64,000 bases of DNA from a virus (lineage: Duplodnaviria; Caudoviricetes): the IMG/VR virus record IMGVR_UViG_2904150443_000004, positions 1 to 64,000 of that record. The stretch is one strand, 5' to 3'. The notes beneath the pieces are model-generated. The model worked only from the letters and a program-made list of their open reading frames with translations. It was not told the DNA's origin and did not search any database. A program made the translations under genes and the position numbers. Positions 58,937 through 64,000 of the stretch are shown here, in pieces (position 1 is the first letter of the stretch; each line of letters opens with the position of its first letter).

Positions 58937-59166
58937 CATATTAAGGCCGACAGGCAAGATAATCCAGATAATTAAAAGTAAAATAATTTAATAGTAATCA
59001 ATAAACGGAGGTGTTAATTAGTGTATAAAAATGGTAGACTTATTGACGGGAAATTATACATACATACAAAAATGGGTAACAGAATAAATCTAAAATTGTT
59101 CAAGGATGAGCATCTGAACAACTAATGAAACTATGTTTTTATAAGGAGAAAAATGAGGAGTGCAAA

Positions 59167-59394
59167 ATGACAGGTGAGAACTTTAAAAGAATAAATCGTA
59201 AAAATTCAGAAGTTGAAAAACTTAAAGAGGAACTAGAAAACGCAAGAGTAGCATTCACTAATTATAGTAAAGCACCTGATGAAGACAGTTGGAGTTTTGA
59301 TGAGTTGTACAGGCTTCAAAATACTGTTATTAATTCAGAATATAATTTATACTGTGCTAGGTATGAAGATAACAGAAGAAGAAACTGGAGATAA
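59167..59394 (+). CDS. hypothetical protein
   Basis: GAGGAG RBS before MTGENF. Confidence 0.6.
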   Translation: MTGENFKRINRKNSEVEKLKEELENARVAFTNYSKAPDEDSWSFDELYRLQNTVINSEYNLYCARYEDNRRRNWR

Positions 59395-59417
59395 AAGATT
59401 ATTTAGAGAGGTGTAAA

Positions 59418-59669
59418 ATGAGACTGCGGAACAAACTTATTAAAACTGTTGCCCAAAGTGAAGAATTAAGAAGTAAATTTTCTCTATATTCTACTTATAA
59501 AGAACCTGATATTGATAGAACTAGATTTGTACTAACTGATTCAACTGATATTGTAATATGCAATGAAGAAGAAATTAATAACTATTTAAGTGCAGGATTC
59601 AGTATTTTTGGTTCAGCACAGTCTAATGAAGAAGTAGATGCAATTATTTCGAGAGCTGAAGTATCTTAA
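59418..59669 (+). CDS. hypothetical protein
   Basis: GAGGTG RBS. Confidence 0.6.
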   Translation: MRLRNKLIKTVAQSEELRSKFSLYSTYKEPDIDRTRFVLTDSTDIVICNEEEINNYLSAGFSIFGSAQSNEEVDAIISRAEVS

Positions 59670-59699
59670 CATGAAGCATTCAAAAGGAGACTGATAATT

Positions 59700-59957
59700 A
59701 TGGAATCGGCGTTGAACTTGTTTGGAATAGAAATTTTGAATTGCATATCTTATGATTTCACTGAAGATGGGATTCAATACAATAGCGTGACGTTTTGTAT
59801 TAGCTCTCTAAAAAAATACGATGGCCTGTGTGTTGAAGTAAATCATGATTGGAAAATAAGAATTTGGAGTGTGTTAGGGGAAATTGTTAAAGAATTTTAC
59901 ATAATCGAGAACGAAGAGTTTAAGAGATTGCTTTATAGTAAATATCCTTTGAAATAA
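59700..59957 (+). CDS. hypothetical protein
   Basis: AAGGAG RBS. Confidence 0.6.
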   Translation: MESALNLFGIEILNCISYDFTEDGIQYNSVTFCISSLKKYDGLCVEVNHDWKIRIWSVLGEIVKEFYIIENEEFKRLLYSKYPLK

Positions 59958-59979
59958 TATTAAAAAAGGTGGTGGAAAT

Positions 59980-60336
59980 GTGAGCAAGAATAATTTTGAA
60001 GTGGGTAAGAAAGTATATTTGTCACTAGGAATTAACAAAAGTAGATATAGTAGTGTGGATTATGTTGAAGGTGAAGTAACAAAAGTAGGTAGAAAGTATG
60101 TCACTGTTAAAATAGGGATTACCCAATATCAGTTTGATCTCACAGATAATCTAAGACAAAAGACGGATTACGCAGAAGATTACTATCTCTACGAATCCCT
60201 AGAAGAATTGTTAGATGAAAAAAGAAGAGAAGAATTAGCTCGACATTTGAGCGTGTATTTCTCAGGCTCCTATAATATAAAGAACAAGCTAACGTTAGAT
60301 CAAATGCAGCGAATCAAGGATATTATTTCTGAATAA
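59980..60336 (+). CDS. KOW/SH3-like beta-barrel hypothetical protein
   Basis: EVGKKVY...VTKVGRKY motif. Confidence 0.6.
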   Translation: MSKNNFEVGKKVYLSLGINKSRYSSVDYVEGEVTKVGRKYVTVKIGITQYQFDLTDNLRQKTDYAEDYYLYESLEELLDEKRREELARHLSVYFSGSYNIKNKLTLDQMQRIKDIISE

Positions 60337-60353
60337 AATGATCCTTTCAAGAG

Positions 60354-60605
60354 GTGATTGGTATGAAATTTAATTTTGAAGATTCAGAAGAATTAAAGCC
60401 AGTTTCGTGGATCGATGTTTGGTATGACAGAAGACAGAGACTATGGACAGCGATACTAAAGAATGATGATGATTTTCAAATAGGTGATGCTGAATATGGT
60501 TCAAAAAGTGATATAGGAGCTATAGTGGAATCTTGGATTAACGAATATGAATTAGATAGAACATACATCTCAAAAAAACAAATCCAACAAAAGAAAAGAC
60601 ACTGA
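60354..60605 (+). CDS. hypothetical protein
   Basis: Co-oriented ORF; GAGGTG RBS (start probably 60363). Confidence 0.6.
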   Translation: MIGMKFNFEDSEELKPVSWIDVWYDRRQRLWTAILKNDDDFQIGDAEYGSKSDIGAIVESWINEYELDRTYISKKQIQQKKRH

Positions 60606-60648
60606 GATTAATCACAGCATTTTAGATGAAATGAATATTTGATGGGGA

Positions 60649-61038
60649 GTGAGTAATGTGGATTATAAGTTTCGTATAGTAAGCACAATGGAGATTACAG
60701 GTGAAGTGGACAATGAACAGTATCAGATTAATGAAGGGGAAGAGTTAATTATTCAGTCTCAATCAATTGATAAATTAAAGTGGTTCGTATTTATTCCATC
60801 TATTGAAAAGTTTGATTACATAGAAAAGTATAAGATTGATTTACTAATTACAGATTACATATTCTATCCGCAATATTACGGAGAATTTCAATTGCCAGTG
60901 ATTAGTGATAACATCCACACTTACGCATTTATCACCCCTAGTGGATATGTTCAATGTGCATCAAAGAAAGATATAATCGAATTAAAATCATACAAGGAGG
61001 TACAGCGAATTAGCAGTGATGAGATTCGATTTAAATAA
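60649..61038 (+). CDS. hypothetical protein
   Basis: Co-oriented ORF. Confidence 0.55.
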   Translation: MSNVDYKFRIVSTMEITGEVDNEQYQINEGEELIIQSQSIDKLKWFVFIPSIEKFDYIEKYKIDLLITDYIFYPQYYGEFQLPVISDNIHTYAFITPSGYVQCASKKDIIELKSYKEVQRISSDEIRFK

Positions 61039-61067
61039 AAACAATTCTTTGAATAGGTGATAACAAG

Positions 61068-61577
61068 ATGGATGAGAGAATAATTTTCGACACGCACACA
61101 GAGAACCTAAAACGTGAGTTAAACGTTGATCCCTTAGTTTTCTTTGGTGATGAAGCGAAAGAAAAAACTAAAAAATATGGTTCAATATTTCATGGAGCTC
61201 ATGTTTGGGAAGAAGAGTCTGAGTTTGTGGCTGTAAAGGACATAAATCAGATAGGGACTCTTGCACATGAGATGCGTCATAGTTGGCAGTACAAGAATAA
61301 AGACAAAGAGAACTATATATTTCGAAGCAGTAAAGACAAGCCATGGATAATAAGAAAACTAATACGAGCTTTATATTTAATATATTACCCGTTTAATAGA
61401 AAAGAATTGGATGCCAATAAGTATGCAGTTGAATATTGCACAAAAACAGGTTTACAAGCTGAAGTATTAAGAATTGAAAAGCTAATAACGGGAAATAGAA
61501 TAGCACAAGTAATCACTTTAGCAGCACATCTATTATTTTTTTATTTGATATACCTCATTTGGATTATTGTTAAATGA
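61068..61577 (+). CDS. HExxH zinc metallopeptidase-like membrane protein
   Basis: TLAHEMRHSWQ...ELDAN.YA; C-terminal TM helix. Confidence 0.7.
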   Translation: MDERIIFDTHTENLKRELNVDPLVFFGDEAKEKTKKYGSIFHGAHVWEEESEFVAVKDINQIGTLAHEMRHSWQYKNKDKENYIFRSSKDKPWIIRKLIRALYLIYYPFNRKELDANKYAVEYCTKTGLQAEVLRIEKLITGNRIAQVITLAAHLLFFYLIYLIWIIVK

Positions 61578-61779
61578 TATTAATAGGGAGAGAAAAAATG
61601 AGAAAAACTGGAAAGAAACTATTGATAGTTTGGGTACATTTCCACAGCGTCAAGACTCAGTAGTAGAACAACTAGAGGATTTAGTTTACGTTGCTAATAA
61701 ACTAGGCTTTTACGATGCAGCTGACATTATAAAGGTAATGGCAATTAGAGAGCATAGAAAAGCTTTTAAAAGTGAATAA
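61567..61779 (+). CDS. hypothetical protein; start uncertain, possible frameshift
   Basis: The RBS-associated ATG at 61598 is one base out of frame with the ORF body. Confidence 0.45.
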   Translation: MLNDINRERKNEKNWKETIDSLGTFPQRQDSVVEQLEDLVYVANKLGFYDAADIIKVMAIREHRKAFKSE

Positions 61780-61828
61780 AAAGATTATTATATTTGCTTT
61801 GATTACAGAAGGGAGAAAATGATAAGGA

Positions 61829-62515
61829 TTGAAAAGTAAAAAATGTACAAAATGTGGTGAAGAGTTACCTAAAAATGAAGAGTACTTCTATAAACAACTG
61901 GTAAGATGCCAAAGGAAATCAGATTACTATAAACTAACATCATGGTGTAAAGACTGTTCTAAGAAAAATACTAAAAATAACATCGATAAAGATCGAGAGG
62001 GTTTTTATAAAAGACAAAAACCATACCAAGATGCAAATCAAGGCATAAGAAATAAGCGTGCTAGAGATTGGAGAGTCAATAATCCAGATAGAAATCGAGA
62101 TAATCAATCAAATTATTATATTAGAGAAAAAGATTCTGGTAGATTTAAAATGTATTACAGTAATAGAAAAAAGAAAAATCATAAAATATCAGCAGAAGAG
62201 TGGGAACATAATAAAAGATATTTTAATTACAAATGTGCATATTGTGGCATGAAACTAGAAGAACATTATAGGCTTTATGCTGGAAAATTACAAAAATACG
62301 ATTTTCATAAAGAACATTATGATGACAACGGAGCTAATGATCTTAGTAACTGCGTCCCAAGTTGTGGAAGTTGCAATAGTCAAAAATGGGAATTTGAAAT
62401 TGGAGAATGGTATAACGAAAGCAATCAAAAATATTCAGAAGAACGCTTTAGTAGAATTATTAAATGGATAAAAGAAGATTATATATTTTACATAGAAGGT
62501 AAAGATAAAATGTAA
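61829..62515 (+). CDS. HNH endonuclease
   Basis: CTKC...CKDC; CAYCG...EH...NCVPSCGSCNSQK. Confidence 0.85.
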   Translation: MKSKKCTKCGEELPKNEEYFYKQLVRCQRKSDYYKLTSWCKDCSKKNTKNNIDKDREGFYKRQKPYQDANQGIRNKRARDWRVNNPDRNRDNQSNYYIREKDSGRFKMYYSNRKKKNHKISAEEWEHNKRYFNYKCAYCGMKLEEHYRLYAGKLQKYDFHKEHYDDNGANDLSNCVPSCGSCNSQKWEFEIGEWYNESNQKYSEERFSRIIKWIKEDYIFYIEGKDKM

Positions 62516-62589
62516 AAGTAAATGCTTCTATGATATATAGAGCAAATGAAAGGATTCTTTTACTTGAAATGAAAAAACGGGGGAGTTAG

Positions 62590-62820
62590 ATGTTTGAGGA
62601 GAAGACATTGTATTCAATCGTTGAAAAAGCTAAAAAATATGATGAATTAATTAAATTTCCTAGTACGGATAAAGAGGTGTCATGTTCGTTTTGTGGCAAA
62701 TCACAAACTTCCGTAAAGAAAATCATTACAAACCACGAAGTTTCAATATGTAATGAATGCATAGAGTTATGCGTAGAGATTTTATCAGAACAAGAAAATG
62801 ACAGCGATAAAACAGAGTGA
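62590..62820 (+). CDS. stand-alone ClpX C4-type zinc finger protein
   Basis: [13 protein letters not shown]......[12 protein letters not shown] matches the ClpX N-terminal ZBD. Confidence 0.85.
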   Translation: MFEEKTLYSIVEKAKKYDELIKFPSTDKEVSCSFCGKSQTSVKKIITNHEVSICNECIELCVEILSEQENDSDKTE

Positions 62821-63095
62821 AAGAAATTCTTTATCAAGAATTAGAGGTAACAAGAGAAAAAGTAGTGAGACACAGGGAAAAATATTATGCAAAAGAGATT
62901 ACGTCTTTTGAGCAGCTAAACGAACTTAATAATAGAGCAGAAGTTGCTATCATGAACAATTGTAATATGGTTGTAGGCCGAATTATGTATAGAGAAAAAA
63001 ATTGGATATTGATTGATGTAGTAACTGGGACTGTTTCAGTAAATGAAGATAGTTTTAGGCATGGTAATTTTATGTATGAACTTGAACTATATTAA
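62817..63095 (+). CDS. hypothetical protein
   Basis: GTGA overlap with the upstream stop. Confidence 0.5.
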   Translation: MKEILYQELEVTREKVVRHREKYYAKEITSFEQLNELNNRAEVAIMNNCNMVVGRIMYREKNWILIDVVTGTVSVNEDSFRHGNFMYELELY

Positions 63096-63122
63096 AAAAT
63101 GGATCTATTACAGGAGGTAAAA

Positions 63123-63299
63123 ATGAGCGTAAGAACTACATATGATGAAAAGAGAGACATACTGAAGAAAACATTACAAGAGTGCTTAGAGCAAGCAAGG
63201 GAACTTCTTGATGAAGATATCTGGGGCTATGAAGAGATGAGAGAGGGATATGCTTTAGATGTGTATGTAGCGGTGAAAAAAGCGAAGGATACAGTCTAA
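63123..63299 (+). CDS. hypothetical protein
   Basis: AGGAGGT RBS before MSVRTT. Confidence 0.55.
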   Translation: MSVRTTYDEKRDILKKTLQECLEQARELLDEDIWGYEEMREGYALDVYVAVKKAKDTV

Positions 63300-63504
63300 T
63301 TAAAGTTGTAATAAAAGATGTTCAAAGAAAAGGGTGATACATTTGGGTTGGAAAATCAAATTTATTGAGAATTTTGAGGATTATAAAATAGGAGATACAT
63401 TAGAGTGTGATGAAATGGGCTTACCATTGTTTTATTGCGGCATGATGAAAGTGGCAATACGAATAGAATAAGAAAATGAAAGAAGTATTTTATAACAAAA
63501 GGAG

Positions 63505-63759
63505 TTGCTAATCGATATGAATAGATTAAATTATTATAGTGATAACGATGAAATGACTTTAGATGAAGAAATGTTGTACAATCAGGCATTAAGCACAGTA
63601 AAGATCATTGAAGAAAACGTGAGATTAAGAAGGGAAAATAAGAGACTTATGAACAAAGTCGCTGACAATGAAGAGTGGACTAATCAACAGTTACAAGAAA
63701 ATATTAAGTATGCTGGTAATCTACTTGACTCACTTATTAAGAAATCGGATACTAAGTAA
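63505..63759 (+). CDS. hypothetical coiled-coil protein
   Basis: AAGGAG RBS; start approximate. Confidence 0.55.
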   Translation: MLIDMNRLNYYSDNDEMTLDEEMLYNQALSTVKIIEENVRLRRENKRLMNKVADNEEWTNQQLQENIKYAGNLLDSLIKKSDTK

Positions 63760-63802
63760 AATATGTGTATTATGAAGTAAATTCCGTTATAGGAGGGCTA
63801 AT

Positions 63803-63988
63803 ATGGACAGATATCTTAATACAATCATGAATCGACTTGCAAATATTATTCATAATGAATCGCAACATCCCAGCAAAGAGAGTTGTAATCTTATTATTGA
63901 TTCATTGTCTCGATTAGTCAAAGAATACAACGAAGAATTTGATAGAAACATTGACGTTACGGATTATAGAAAAAAGAACATGAAGTAA
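63803..63988 (+). CDS. hypothetical protein
   Basis: AGGAGG RBS. Confidence 0.55.
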   Translation: MDRYLNTIMNRLANIIHNESQHPSKESCNLIIDSLSRLVKEYNEEFDRNIDVTDYRKKNMK

Positions 63989-64000
63989 GTCTTTCACGGG

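Larger units (their letters stand above)
42785..63773. repeat. dispersed 18-bp palindrome ATRAAA-N6-TTTYAT at gene junctions
   Basis: Exact: 45599, 48209, 53689, 55749, 59125. Near-exact: 45292, 46190, 53205, 54092, 60333, 60626, 61776, 62546, 63756. Also exact at 4383 and 14947 in the late arm. Confidence 0.75.
1..64000. mobile_element. SPbeta-like temperate phage/prophage (partial; both ends lie outside the window)
   Basis: YonO-type RNAP, HU, YonJ-like phosphoesterase, terminase, portal, capsid, tail tube, YomM-like recombinase, TMP, Dit, Tal in SPbeta-like order; divergent early region of small genes; no host housekeeping genes. Confidence 0.93.

Noticed and set aside
42785-63773. Classical integron attC sites, or intrinsic terminators, as the explanation for the junction palindrome
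   Set aside because: No RYYYAAC/GTTRRRY boxes or long imperfect hairpins; the AT-rich 6-bp arms are too weak for terminators.
37228-64000. Arbitrium aimR-aimP-aimX locus
   Set aside because: No ~380-aa TPR receptor followed by a short signal-peptide gene; it may lie outside the window.

Overview
The whole window is part of a large SPbeta-like (Spbetavirus-type) temperate phage or prophage of a Bacillales host, probably Paenibacillus. No attachment site or host DNA is visible. Bases 1-37072 form a minus-strand late module: tail fibre, Tal and Dit tail proteins, tape measure, a YomM-like recombinase, tail tube, head-tail proteins, capsid, scaffold/protease, portal, an intein-containing terminase, an HNH nuclease, a YonJ-like phosphoesterase, HU and the single-subunit YonO-type RNA polymerase. 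Bases 37228-41864 hold a tyrosine recombinase, an iteron-like repeat array, a Rep-like protein, a ~1 kb non-coding repeat region and an SF2 helicase. Bases 42183-64000 are an array of mostly co-oriented small accessory genes, including DarA_C, a DUF4258/YgiT pair, RsfA, an adenine methyltransferase, DNA ligase, YolD, an orphan MazF, an HNH nuclease and a stand-alone ClpX zinc finger. The most notable signal is an 18-bp palindrome, ATRAAA-N6-TTTYAT, that recurs at accessory-gene junctions and suggests a recombinase-driven gene-cassette system. A second signal is a LexA-boxed orphan MazF together with UACAU sites placed in early-gene leaders. Product names come from motifs and gene order by eye, not database searches.
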